From: Botryllus schlosseri
Lineage: Eukaryota
NCBI GenBank assembly: GCA_051294905.1
Contig: CM119372.1
Location: forward strand, 15,874,001-15,938,000
DNA length: 64,000 bases
Reading direction: 5' to 3'
The notes under the pieces were generated by a model. It saw only the letters and a list, made by a program, of their open reading frames with translations. It was not told where the DNA came from and ran no database searches. Every line of letters begins with the position of its first letter. Within the stretch, counting starts at the first letter, position 1. Shown one piece after another: positions 13,301-26,418 of the stretch. Made by a program: the position numbers and the translations under genes.

Positions 13301-16300
13301 CCATTTTCGATTACAAGATTATGAGTCGGCGATATTTGTATTTTCGAGGAAAGTTGCTATTTAATTTCTCAGTTCATACACTCGTGTAAGCATAGCTGCT
13401 CGACTCAATGAGCGAACATGACAGATATAGGCCTACATGACATCGCCATATTGATTCTCTGCTTCTAGTAATATCTGGCGTAACTGATTCAGTTTATGGG
13501 ACAAAAATTATATTAACAGTTTTCACCATTGTGGCCAAAACACTATTCAGGTTTTTTGTCTTGGCACACAATGCCTTCTGGAAAATCAAACTATAGACAG
13601 GCTAACTAACATACGGAGGCTAGTTATCTATAATTGAATAGTTTGAGATTCCGTCATTCCGTCTGAGATGCTCCAAGCGTTTTTTGAAGCAAAGGAAGAA
13701 GACCTTTATTGTCACACCCCGTTAGAGTGATTAACCCCTTAAAAAAGTATGGAACACCTTCGGTTGCGAGATACACCCGATTGATAAGCACTGATCCAAT
13801 CTAGTCTATCTCCATCTCCTACTTCAACCACCTTCGTTTTATGGCGTAACATTAGACTAATACGATGTAGGCTACTATTATATCGTAGCAATGCCGCATT
13901 TTTTTCATGCAGCGCTGCACTGCAGATTGAAACTCATTTTGAAGCGGCGGGCCGTATTCTTGTGATAACTAATTATTATATCGCGGGCCGGACGATTTCG
14001 CTTGGCGGGCCGGATCCGGCCCGCGGGCCGTAGGTTGCCGACCCTTGATCTAAATTATCGCACTAGACATCAGATCATTTCTTTGAGTACAGTGGACAAT
14101 CGCGATGCGCAGCGTGAGTGGAGATTAGGGGTCTTACATATACTGCGGAACGTTTCCATCCGGCCTGCGAAGCAAGTTGAGTGTAACCGTTAATGATAAA
14201 CCGCTAAATAAAGTTACATATAGTGCTCAAATGTATGGTTTTACCTATCTGTGGTGGAATTGCTATACCTATCTATAGCTTTAAAAAATGTCCCCTGCCT
14301 CATATAGCTCTTTTGTCGGTTATATCCATAAAATGTCCCACTACGCATCCTTAGGGCCAACGCCGCATCATCACCTAAACCAGGGGATTTCGACAAAAGT
14401 GCCATATATACCCGAAATTTTCAATTGTAATTCCCAAAGAGCCATACATACATCGATGTTAACTATTACGTCACAATTTAACATCCGTGACCTTATTTAA
14501 GCATAAAATGAAAGGCAACTCTAGATGGGATTCGTTGTGTTCGCCATATTTTTTGTGTTGTTTAAAGGAAAGGAAAGGACGTAGTTTATTTTTGTCCTTG
14601 ATGTTTTTGCGGCATATACACCGACTCATGATATACATACAACTCCCCCGCTAATCATGCCCGTTGCGTAACATTTGAGCATCCGACACAGTGAAAAACG
14701 ACAGTTGAGCGTTTGACACTTCAGCGTAGTTACATGCTTCGGGAACCTTTTGCGAGCTTCATATTTTTAATTTTATTTCCGTTGGAAGTTTCGAGCCCCT
14801 AAAAGGCCCTATTGGTATGCCACTTTTTGACCAGACAAAGACGTTGTTTTAGCTACCACAGGCATAATAATTCTTGTCGTTATGAAAATTTACAAACAAA
14901 TTCCCTCAATGTTGATAAACAAGATGCGAACTAAGTGGAAGATTAGGAATTTATCAAAGAGCCATATTATATCATCAAAAGAGCCATAGCTTTTCGAGCA
15001 CGGACCTAAACCAATGGAGCATAAAAATTTACCAACTTCAATCGTTGTGACTCGCTCGCACCAGTCATTTGGATTATAACTGTATTGAATCTTTCACCAA
15101 TTATATATTTGTTTTCGAATGAAGATGTTGCTAGAGTCGCAGTGAGCGACATTCTTATATATTATTTATAAGCTTGATAAAGTATTCCACTGAAAACAAT
15201 AATAGTTTATGAGTAACATTTTGGCACGATTGGTCATGTTCGTAATCGGCAATCCGACCAGCGACCCAAATTGAGTTCGACAGCCTTGGCCTCGATATTG
15301 CCTATACACCGCTGGTTAAATGGAGAGAATAGCTTGTACTTGATTTCAACCACCATACATGGCTGTGTGAAATTTCATACCGATCATCGCCCATAAACGT
15401 ACCATTAAACCCGTGTTCAATTAGCTTAACTCTAAAGGAAAATTCTATGCTACATGGCCGCACTAGGGTCATATATTTGTATTTGTGACACAAAATGCAA
15501 CCTGCGTTACGATAGTGCCTTGGTATGTTTCATGGTTTATAGTCTTCAAAGCACCGAAACAAAAAGAGATTTAGGTATAAATAATAGCGAAGGACATTGT
15601 TATCATCCACTGAACGACCGTATACTGAGCAGACATGCGGTAACCGGGACTTGTAATCGCAATCGATTACGGCGATTACATCATTTTCAAGTAATCGTAA
15701 TCATATTCGATTGATTACTTTTTACGAAGTAATCATGATCGTGATCGATTATTTTGCATAATCGATTACTTTAAATACAGGGACGTTTACTGACCTCACA
15801 GTACTGTGATATAATATGAATACATAATTGTGCGAGGTATGGATAGATGTTAACGGTAGAATCGTCGGATTTGTGAACCTCGATGCTTGTTGTTACATCA
15901 CAACTTTTTGTCATGCTCTTCGATTACGCTTCGGTAAGAACCCCAGTCGGTAAGAACTAAGAATTTACTGCCATACCTGTTTTTTTTGTGACGATGACTC
16001 ACAATATTTAGATAGCTAAGTACCGTGTGTTAAGTTTCCATGCCGGAATTCGTGTTTGTTATGCCGTGTCATCCTATCCATGGTTCTACTTTAATCGGGC
16101 ACGAATTGTTATTTTTCCTTCACTGCAATCTGAACTTGCCCCAACCACCCATTTGCATCATTTTAGCATGCATGGGTCGTACATTAAACGAAAATTCATA
16201 GGGAGCAATAAATAATTATAATCAGCGACTAAGATGCGTTGTGAGTATATTATGACCTGTTGAGATATAATCGAATCGAATCATGATTTAGAAACAGTTT

Positions 16301-19017
16301 AAGAACGATGCAGCCTCGTCTCAATCGTTATCTTGTATTCGAATATGCACTCAACGATCAAGTTCAAGTAAGCAGAATAGATGTAGAGGTTTGTTTGTTT
16401 TGGGGTATTCATGGTGTTTGCCGACTACTATGGTCATTTACACCAGGCCGATATTCTTCTTATTTTTCCGTAACTGCCGACTTATAGCACGGCCCACCTC
16501 TAGGCTTTTGTAAGACACCGCTGCCGCGGATGAGGTGGCGAGGAGGAGCCTAGGTAAATAGTCGCGAATACCTTCAATGCAATCTTAATCGTAATTAACG
16601 ACTGCTAGATTTTGCGATTGATTGCATTGATGCAGTATAAAAGTCACTTGTCTGCTGCTGTGATGCGTTTACATGCAAAAATTCCGATATCGAATTAAGG
16701 ATTAAATTTTGTCACTTTAGCAAGTGGGATCTTTCAAGATTTCTTCCATATGATCACTTATTAACACATAAAGAAAGTATGTGTTCATCAAAGAACGCAA
16801 CCACAACAGCATTTGTTTCTGTTTATCGACATGTGGGAGATGGTTGAATAATATATCAAACACAGAAATGACTTCGCTTAACCGACCGCTTATTTGATTT
16901 GGTCATCATGATCATTGTCCAATGTCCATGTCCATTCGCGTTCATAAATACAATCACTGGATTGAATTAGATATTAGATACAAAGGAACATCACATATAT
17001 TATCATATATATGTCCGCTTTATTGAATATGGTATTGCTTTCACTTATCCTCGCTATACCTACCAATGTTCAGCTTGACTGACACTGGGAATATCATCGC
17101 TTTTGTTTCCATCTTCATTGCGGAACGCATTCTATCGACCATGAGCGATGCCCACCGCAACTGCATAACTCTTGCGATATGCTTCGTGCCGCTTACAACG
17201 CGATGAGTGCGCTACTTCAATACATTATAACACTACCACAATCCATTTCATGTACCGCGGATACCGAGATACTGAGCGGTTGTCCATTGAAATACGAAGG
17301 CGAAGGGAACATAACACATCACGTTGCAACCGGATTCAATTATTATTAAAGTGGTTAATTGAATTATATAGATAGACTGAAGGATATGCATTTACCGCAG
17401 TCTTGTATAGCTATATAACGTGTAGACAGATTTCGATAGTTTCGATAAGCTAACTCCAAATTATCTGCACTGTTTACGGATCATTTACACGCAGTGCCTG
17501 ATAGCAGCAGAATAACGCTGTCAGTAATGCGTTGTTAGTAAACTCGCACCGTCACTTTAGCGATACCGCACTAATAATTTTGTAATACTGGCCGACAGCG
17601 ACCAGGATAATCCCAATAAATATGTGTGCGTGTTGTTTTTACAAGCCTTTACCCGTTTACCGAGTACGCGCTACACAAGACGACTCGCACGACATATACA
17701 GCAAGGTTAGGACCTCCGCATTGAGTTAAACTTTACTTGAATCGTTTCACGAATTTGATAAATGCTGTCAAATCCCGTAACAAAACTGCAGCATTAGTCA
17801 CATCCTGCTCGTAAACACTGTCATTAATTGGCCTACTGGGTATTGCTACGGTACACTACAACGCATGTAATCCCTATTTGTATATATCCAGGAAGACTGT
17901 GTTTTCCCACTACTTATCAATTTATTATTAACAATTTCATCATTTCGTTACACCAGAAGACTGCGATACCGTGAAGAGATAGGAAGGTGTCTAAACGACT
18001 TGGAGTATTCTTTGAAATCAGACATCCACCTGCTAAAAAGTGGGTAAATCGGTAGTCAAGTCGAAAAGATGACCTTTTTTGGCATCACATCAGGCTTTCC
18101 AGTACAAATTTCAGAATCAGCAGTTTTCTAGTCCGGTTGTTGTTTGAGGTATTCATGATGTTTGTCGACTACAATGGTCGTTTGCACCTGGCTCATGTTC
18201 GTTATTTTTGATTCCGTAGCTGCCGACTTGCGGCACGGCCCACTTTTTGACTTTTGTAAAACACCGCTTACGCGGATAAGGAGCCTAGATAAATCTCCAA
18301 CACCTAAGTAAGAATTCTGGAGTTGACCTTAGTCGGACTCGAACCCACGACCAATCGGTGTTGTAGCTGTAGATTAAACCACTACGCTATCTCGCCACTT
18401 CTATTCCTGTACTCTGACTTTTGTCATTTCTAAAAAATGTCATTGTTTCCGGATTCCGAAATATGGTAACCCTAAACTTAGTGAGATTCCAATTCATACG
18501 GAGAATATTATATTTTATAGCACCGCATCAATCCGTATCATCCTTGAACATCCTTGAAAAGTTTGGTGACCGATTGAACTCAAGTTTTCGTGAAATTTTG
18601 TTCTGAAAACGTGACGACGTGACGATGTAATGTTAATTCTAATACCATTTATTTAAGAACTGATCAAATTGTAGTCAACGAAAAATCCAATGCCCACAAT
18701 ATTTTCCTATACTATGTACTGTAGGCTACGATGGGAGTACGTGCACGCGGGTTAGTAACAGTATTGCGTACCCTAACCGCTATTCGATCTGTAACTTCAA
18801 AAATCCCCGTACTGATATTATTGTGGTGTGATTTGACTCCAGTTATTTAATGGATCATCGTACATACAATAATACAGTTTTCCATCTTATTTTCTGCAGG
18901 TCGGGCACGATCAAGATACGCCCTGTTGACGCGGATTTGTCCGCCATATTGCAAGACAACATCTCATCTGCATCATTGCCATCAGAAATTCATGGGGAGG
19001 AGATCTCGGAAATGTAG
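10322..19017 (+). CDS. Gene A: multi-exon orphan secreted protein precursor (signal peptide, basic core, acidic C-terminal tail); middle exons uncertain
   Basis: Exon 10266-10391 (ttcag acceptor, ATG at 10322) encodes signal-like MRMLNLVMVLTIVFLGIAVLQSE and ends G|gtaggt (phase 1). Candidate exons: 10865-10891 (GRVHSPNVI, |gtaagc, phase 1-1); 14093 to ~14175/14182 (LDNRDAQREWRLGVLHILRNVSIRPAKQ, donor ambiguous); 15543-15574 (SSKHRNKKRF, phase 0-2); 17957-18043 (RLRYREEIGRCLNDLEYSLKSDIHLLKSG, only open frame, phase 2-2); terminal 18900-19017 after a strong tttctgcag acceptor (SGTIKIRPVDADLSAILQDNISSASLPSEIHGEEISEM*). Confidence 0.6.
11229..11511 (-). mobile_element. tRNA-derived SINE, copy 1
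   Basis: Minus-strand head GGCCGCGTGGCGTCGTGG (A-box-like) and GGGTTCGAGT (B-box); colinear with copies 2 and 3. Confidence 0.8.
11522..11910. mobile_element. hAT-type MITE (CAGYGGTTCCCAA ends)
   Basis: TIR CAGCGGTTCCCAAC...GTTGGGAACCACTG; no TSD recovered. Confidence 0.6.
12456..14047 (-). mobile_element. Deleted hAT (Buster/SPIN-like) transposon with transposase C-terminal remnant
   Basis: TIR CAGGGGTCGGCAACCT; perfect TSD ATCTAAAT. Minus strand ~12640-12930 reads IASIFGSTNAREQ, then after a frameshift MKFTKSKLRSRISDVH...LLPEVENLSKSKLRQLS, typical of the hAT dimerisation region. Confidence 0.85.
16389..16558 (-). mobile_element. tRNA-derived SINE, 5'-truncated copy 2
   Basis: Matches the 3' part of copy 1; (CAAA)n tail, seen as GTTTGTTTGTTT on the plus strand. 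Confidence 0.8.
18136..18398 (-). mobile_element. tRNA-derived SINE, copy 3
   Basis: Colinear with copy 1; B-box GGGTTCGAGTCC on the minus strand at about 18335-18346. Confidence 0.8.
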
Positions 19018-19330
19018 GACCAATATCCACTTTAACCAAGTTGTCGGAGTAGATCATCTTGGTCTTAAGCAATTGCCCCTACTCCCCATTCATACATGTC
19101 GTTGAATATTCAAATTGAATAGGTTCATTGTCATTACATTTTGACGCTGATTTGCCATGAATAGATGTTTGCGTGGAGACACAACACCGTGTATGTGAAT
19201 CAGATCACGCAAGTAGGCGTACAAATCAGTAAACAAAATTGGTTCTCGGAATCAGTCTTTCGACGCAAAGGACACTGGGAATGACGGCACACATATTCAT
19301 ATCTGATAGGCCTAGATTTATTATCTAGGG

Positions 19331-21663
19331 CAGTGGTTCTTAACCTTGCTCCCAGCGCCCCCCAGGGGGCGCTGGCGATTTTGAAGGGGGGCGGAAACGC
19401 TCAGGGGGCGATATGAGGGGCGCTGGGCTCAGGGGGGCGGTATGGGGGGCGCTGGAGAAAAATGGCTTCGCAGTAGATGATGTGGTGATAGGACATATCC
19501 TTAATGAGTATTCAGAGCAAATTAACACCGAAAACTTCGTTATATATAGCCTTAAAAGTACATATAGGTTTAATTGTCCATGGGCGCCTAAATGACTTGC
19601 ACCGAATGTTCCTGTCTTGGCAATCTGAACCCCAGAACACGAATTCCATCTGGCGGGGAAAAATTATATGCCAGTGGAGAAATACCAATTTGAAATCGTG
19701 TGTGTCTCTTAGTTTAGTACGATTGGGCGACAGGGATATTCCTGTTGGGCGATATCCCTGTTGGGCGATTCTATATTTTTTGATATTGCAGACAGGAGGT
19801 CACGAAATAGCATCATGCAACGAAGTCATATTAACGGGTTCGCCCGCCCGAATATGTTATATTAGGCTTACCATATTTTGGAAATCAAAAAAGAGGACAC
19901 TTTTTCAGAAATTTGCAACTTGCAAAACCGGAGTAAAATTCGCGAAAACCGGTTAATATTTCCAACTTTGTGATCGGTTGACTAAAAAAAAAAAAAAAAA
20001 AAAGGTCATCTTATCTGCTCTCAGAGCTCAAATTACCGTTTTTCTCTCCACATTGCCAGGTGGTTGACTAAAAAAAAATCGTCTTTTCGCTCAGCGCTCA
20101 AATCACCGTTTTTCACTCCGAAATACCAGCCGGAGCGTCACTTCTGTGCTAATTTACGGCATATAACTCGCAATTTGCTCTAAATCTTACCTAAAATTTC
20201 AAAAAAGAGGGCAAAATCTCAAAAAAGAGGACAAAAGGGCGTCCTACGAGGACACTTTCAAAAAAGTCAAAAAAGAGGACAAGAGGACGTATGGTATGCC
20301 TATGTTATATTAACTAATATATTATTAGTTACGGGCCCTACAGTTTCCAAGACACCTCACAATGTTCGCTTCGAGTTTTGATGAGTCTGCGCACACTCAA
20401 CAACTCACTGCGCTGACCCTTGGACAACAGTGCGTAACGACTAAAAAAATGTCATAACTTCGGATTTGTTGTTAGCAACGTAGATTTTCTGTGCGCAGAG
20501 ACGGTGTCAGCACTGCGCACGTGCGCAGCTTTGAGGGAACATTGCATCTCACTCAGCTCTACCGGTGAATCTGGTAACGTGAGCAGAGAGGACAAGAAAT
20601 TGATAGCAATATATTTGCAATCCCCGGTCTTACTGACCGATCTTAGCATGAATTATCGAAAGTTTTTGCGCTTCGCACTGGCTCGCTAAACAGTACAACT
20701 GATTCCGTGGCAAAAGCGAACAACGCGATGGGGGCGGTCGGTTTATCACCTTATGGGAGCCCAAGACCCAAGTTTTTCCGGGGGCCCGACGAAGTGACGT
20801 TTCGTTTCTGCCAACGGGTATACGCCCGAAGATGTATAATTATTACTGAGGGGTCCTACCATTTCAAAAACACATCACTCAGCTCTACCGGTAAATCTGT
20901 TTACGTGAGCAGAGAGAGGATAAAAATTGATCTCAATATTCATGCAATTCCCGATCATATTGACCAATTTCAATCATTAATTAGTGAAATTTTCCGCGCT
21001 TCGCGCGTCTAGGCGAGAGTAGCTGGCTCAGTAAATGGACAGTTGGACACCCAATGTAGATACCTAGTATCAGCAAATAGCGGACAGCCGAATGGGGGTC
21101 TGGGGGTGAAGTCCCCCGGAAGTTTGGTTTATCACCCGATGGGGGCCCAGGGCCAACGTTTTTTGTTTGGGGGGGGGGCTGACGAAGTGCTGTTACGGCC
21201 CTGGTAACGAATAATTTTTCCTACGGGCACGCCCGAATATGTTTAATTATTACTTACGGGCCCTTTATTTTCCTATACAACAGCTCACTCAGCGCTACTG
21301 GTAAATCTGATTACGTGGGCTGAGAGGATAAAAAGTTTATAGCGACATATATATATGAATTACCACCTATTCATTCATGCATTATAGAAGATTTTGGTAC
21401 CTAGGGCTAGCAGGCCACACAAACTTTGCTGACCATCGAAATCACGCTATGGGGTTCGTGGGGGCGAAGCCCTCAGAAGTTTGGTTTATCACGCTATTGG
21501 TTCGCAAGGCAATCGTTTATAGGGGGGGTCGACGAAGTGCTGTTACGGACCTCCCTCTTACTCATTGTCTTCATTACATTCCTCACAATATGAAGTTGGG
21601 GGGCGCTGGAGCACGATAATTTTTGAAAGGGGGCGCTGGACGAAAAAAGGTTAAGAACCACTG
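19331..21663 (+). mobile_element. hAT MITE family D, copy 1 (GC-rich ends, composite interior)
   Basis: TIR CAGTGGTTCTTAACCTT; perfect TSD ATCTAGGG; highly similar to 56803-58361. Confidence 0.92.
19863..20302 (+). mobile_element. MITE family E (TAGGCTTACCATAT ends, GAGGAC repeats) nested in D copy 1
   Basis: Perfect TSD TGTTATAT; absent from D copy 2; second copy at 32577-32967. Confidence 0.85.
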
Positions 21664-22039
21664 ATCTAGGGCATTCAGAGGTTAAATATGAAAAATCCGC
21701 AACGAAAAGGCATAATGTAGTAATTTGTTAATAGATGCAAATGGCTTTCGGGATTTACACCCTTTCCAATATCTACTTCGGTACCAACCACGAAGAAAGG
21801 AATCGATTTGATAAAATATTAATGAAATGTGATCCGGTACGAAAAACTCCGATAATAATCATCTACCTACAGGGTGGTACTGAATATTGATTGAAACAAT
21901 GCAAACAGGAAATTAAAAACTAAATGATCGAACCCAACTCTCATCTGAAGTAATCATGTCAACTGAGACTTGGCATGTTGTTTGTTTCCATAAACGTTTC
22001 GCTTTAACTGTTGATTCGAGGGTCGAAGAGAGTAAGGCT

Positions 22040-23619
22040 TAGGGTTGTGCTTAAAAAAAAGTCGATTTAAAACAAATACGTTTCAAACGAGGCCCTTGTT
22101 TAAAACATGTTTTTTATTGTTTTGTTTGTTCTTTTCAAAGCCATGACGTCACGCATATTCAATTGTGACGTCATAGTGGATTGATATTCACAATTGAAAA
22201 TACAGGGTAAATGTAACTCCTTTGATGAAATAGGCTTCCAACCCTTGTCTTATACGGACCAAAAATATCTTAAACCAGGACTACATCGTCTTGCAGCGTT
22301 TTTACGGTCGGCGGTCATCATCATCAGAACATTCACTCCTTACCAATGATCTATATCTACTTACTACAGATGTTGAACCGAGTATTTCGAGGGTTCCGAC
22401 CGTCCCATATCGCATAACTCGGATATAACGGGTGGTAATCGTCGTCCGTATGCTCATATACAACATGTTTTGGAAAGTATTTACCCGGTTATGGCATAAT
22501 TATTAGGGATGGTGTGAACCTCTGAAAGGTTCAGGTTCGTGTGAACGCGAACCTTTTTAAAAGGTTCTGTGTGAACACGAACGTGAACCTCATGACGTCA
22601 CGTGACGTCATATTGCAAGTACCTAACCTATCTTACAATGAAGTGATAGCCTATATTGATGTACACGATACCTAGCGACGACTTGGACCACATAATGCAA
22701 CAATTCTGAAGTAGCCTACATATTGGCGTTTTAAACGTCGCTAAATGTATCAACTAAGGCAATCAAAGGATATAATACTCCCATAAAATCAATATCTTTC
22801 GTCGCTTTGCCAACAATTTCGACGAGGACTTACCAGGGAATATACACTTATCCCTTAACGGTCCAGGCCAGACCGGACAATGTATTCGGTGTCGAGTATT
22901 GTTACATTGATATTGAGCAGAGTGTAAAATGGATTTCTATACTTGCTACCAATATTACCTCATTAAGAAGTTATACAACAGTAGCCAACTCCTCAATCGC
23001 ACGGATTTGGTTTTGATGATGCAGTAAAGATATGAAGTCAAGATTGACCCCGTACGCCTTCTCGAATTTTTACATCAGAAAATGATATCAATCTTATTGA
23101 TTGGTTGAATAAGCATCCTTCGCTGACTACGTATTTCGCTCGTGATGTTGTGTGATTGCGGGTCAAGCTCACAGCAGAGAGTCACTAAATATTCACAAAC
23201 GGAAAGCTGGATATTTTGAGCAAACTTTTGTCACAAAACAAGTAAAACTTTTGAGATTTTCAAGGTGCATGCTCGTTTAGTGTTGATTTTTAATGCTGCC
23301 AGCGCCATGCATAGAGTGGCCCGCAGTCGAAATGCAATAAATTAGAACCAAAGATTTATTATAATAAAGTGAAAATTGCAATATATGAAAAAAAGGTTCA
23401 CAGTGCAGAACCTACCAAGGTTCTGTTGTGAACGCGAACCTCTAAATTTCCAAGGTTCACACACAGAACGCGAACGTGAACCTCACGTTCACACCATCCC
23501 TAATAATTATACAACTTAAAAGACACAGTTTTTCTTAAAAAGGCCTTTTTTAAAACGCTGTTTAAAACATGTTTTAAACAAAGTGTTTTAAACAGCCATT
23601 TCTTTTAAATGCAACCCTA
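22040..23619. mobile_element. hAT-type MITE family C (TAGGGTTG ends)
   Basis: Perfect TSD GTAAGGCT; related right ends near 33811 and 62928. Confidence 0.85.
22504..23502 (+). mobile_element. hAT MITE family B nested in family C
   Basis: TIR TAGGGATGGTGTGAAC; perfect TSD ATAATTAT; the empty site is seen in the family C copy near 33760-33772. Confidence 0.9.
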
Positions 23620-23706
23620 GTAAGGCTGTCATATTCTTAGTAAATGTCCTGATTCGGTTCCGATCCGTCTCCGACCGTATCAGAAAAAACACTGATCTGG
23701 CTTTGA

Positions 23707-23708
<2 letters not shown>

Positions 23709-23743
<35 letters not shown>

Positions 23744-24283
23744 TTGATTTGTCCAACCGTAAAGAAAACATCATTGGCACATGCAACAACAATAAATGAA
23801 CTTACGGTATAGGACAGGGTGTGACCGATATGACTCTGGGTAGGGTCAACTAGTCTGATCACACCCTGCATTAACAAATACAGATATTGTGTTATAAATT
23901 TGGATGCATTGGTTGGGATCAATCAATTCAGCTCAGCATAAAAATAAAATACTAAAGAAACTACAAATTTGGTGGGAGACAAGCGGATCATTGGTAATGG
24001 GAGATGAGGTGACTGAATAATTCCTTTTTGAAGGAGTGGTATGGGAGGTCCCGTATTGAAGAGGGTATAGCATTCCATATGACAGGACCGGCATAGTCGA
24101 TCGATTTCTTTGTGAGGCTACTGGTGGGTCGATGAAAATAGATGTTGCCCTGGGAAGAAAATCTGGTATTGTGTGAGTGAACAGTTTGAGCAAGGACGAA
24201 GAAATCATTAAACACAGGAGGCAATTCATTTGAAAAATATTGATGCATAAATTTAGCTACTTCAAATGTAAAAATATCGTCAG
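23709..24283 (-). mobile_element. 3'-end fragment of a second CR1/L2-group LINE with (TC)n tail
   Basis: Minus-strand ORF segment FEVAKFMHQY...VFNDFF...HSHNTR...SIDYAGPVIWNAIP aligns by eye with the C-terminus of the 59886 ORF. AATAAA lies directly before a (TC)n tail, seen as (GA)n at about 23709-23739 on the plus strand. Confidence 0.85.
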
Positions 24284-25938
24284 CCAAAAATGAGAAAATC
24301 CGACCGGATATCAAATCCGGTTCCGATCAATGCTCCGGCCTAGTCCCTGCACACGATTGTTTTTGATAATGCACATTAATCTGTGATGTTGTCGATGCCT
24401 TCATCAGACCACTCTGTTCTATCAAGACTTATAATCTGATGTCATTACTTCAGATTGCCGCGTCTGCTGGAGAACGAATTTCTGTTTCAACGATGACTGG
24501 TATTCCATATTCGCCGTCAGGAAGAAGAAGGTCGACTCATAAAGACAATTACAAACCGCGCACCAAAACGAACATTGACGGAGACACCTGGAATAGATGG
24601 CATGCATTGGAAAATGAAGTTCCACAAGTCTCGAGCGGCCATTTTCAACCGATGATAAAGCAAACATTTTCTCTGATGCATTTGAAATCCAAGCACTGGC
24701 ACACTATTGCCATTATGTACAAAGTCGTTTCCGCTACCCCTGATTTTGTAACAGTACACAAATGTACCTCGACCACACGTCAGTTTAGCACGATTGCGAA
24801 ATGCTGTCGATGATTGTTTAGCTATATCCGCGCTAGCTATTTTATGCACCATTTTCTTCAAGTGTTTACTATTTTCTTTCACTGCTAACGAATCAACGAC
24901 GTCAGTAGTTACAGTTTACAGACACACAATTTCGATTCGTGCGTCAAAGCGACATTAAAGACATGACGTTATTATTCGACTAACGCATATGTAGGTTTTC
25001 GCCTCATACTGCATGATTTCCCAGTACAGCAACGCAGATACGAAACATCTACATCTCTGATCTCGTTTGAAACTGCAATGCCGACTCGAAACTGTTCTGT
25101 CAGTCGCAAACAAGCCGCAGTGATAATGAGAAACACTAAATGACTTGCATTTCAATTTTACTCATACAAATCATAAATCAACCGTCGCTTGGCGTATGGA
25201 ACAGTTTAAAGACACATGATTCACTCTGCAATTAGCTGATATATAGTATAGCGTTGTGTTTTGTAAATTGGGGTTGATGGATGATTGTTAAACAGCAATG
25301 GTATGCCCGTTATGGTTTACAAGAGGCAAGAGAAATAGACGAGAAAGCCAGCGCGAAACAGATCGGTTAGTTCTCGCGTAGAAATTAATAACATTCGAAC
25401 TGTGTTTCAGCTCATTGGCAGCATTCTGAATTCTGGTGTTGCTAAAACAGTTGGGAAGTGTGATAAACCCTACACCCGATATCAAAAACATCTTGGTGCA
25501 TTGCATTTCGTTATATAATATATGCTTCACGGATAAGGCATCAAAGTCAAGACTTCGATATTCTGTCATAATTAACGATCATCACCATGTGGCAACCCAG
25601 ATATGCACGTCTCGCTGAAGACGCTTGTCGCGTGGTGATAGGAAATCATGGTATTCAAACCCAAAAGAAGGAAGGATATTTTTGGTAGTGCTAGGATGAT
25701 AACGTGATCATGAGGAGCATAAGAAAGGTCAACGGTCGTTGGACGTCACTGTTCGCGATCACATTTCTGTATCGGATTTCTTGCGCTTGTTAGCGGTTGC
25801 CGTTCAAAGCTGATGATATCTCTTTCATTGACAGTTTGACCCTAGTCACGAAATTAGTTGATTGACTGTTTTAACCAGCCGCGATTAGGGCAATTGTGGT
25901 TAAGTGATGGAAACAATTCTATTACATGGGGCATGTAT

Positions 25939-26418
25939 CGGTGTTGGAAGGACTCGAGGCATGACCTGTGAGAGGGACTAATCTCATTCATTTAATGATT
26001 TTGCGTTTTACTGAACCTCAATTGTTCTATTTGCTTTCTATTCTCTATTTTGGCGGATAATTAAAGACTGATGGTATACAACAGTTACGTAGTTTAGCAG
26101 TACTACGCATTCGTGAGCTATACAACGTTCTTTTGCTTGTGAATTTAACTCTATATTTATCACTCGGTTGAAAATAAATGACGACTGAATCTGAATTTCA
26201 AACAGCCAGCCAAATGCAATGACTTAATTAATCGTGCCTCGTAGTTCTGAAAAGACAACGTAACTTGAATTGTGACTTGACTCATGACTTGACTTGACTT
26301 GACAAGACTTGACTCGAGTCACCTCCAAAAATCGAATGACTTGACTTGACTCGCTTCAAAATGTGCAATGACTCGAGATGACTTGTGACTCGAAGGTAGT
26401 GACTTGATCCCAACATTG
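25939..26418 (-). mobile_element. hAT MITE family G (GACTT/GAGTC subterminal repeats), reversed short copy
   Basis: Ends CGGTGTTGG / CCCAACATTG; perfect TSD GCATGTAT. Confidence 0.8.
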
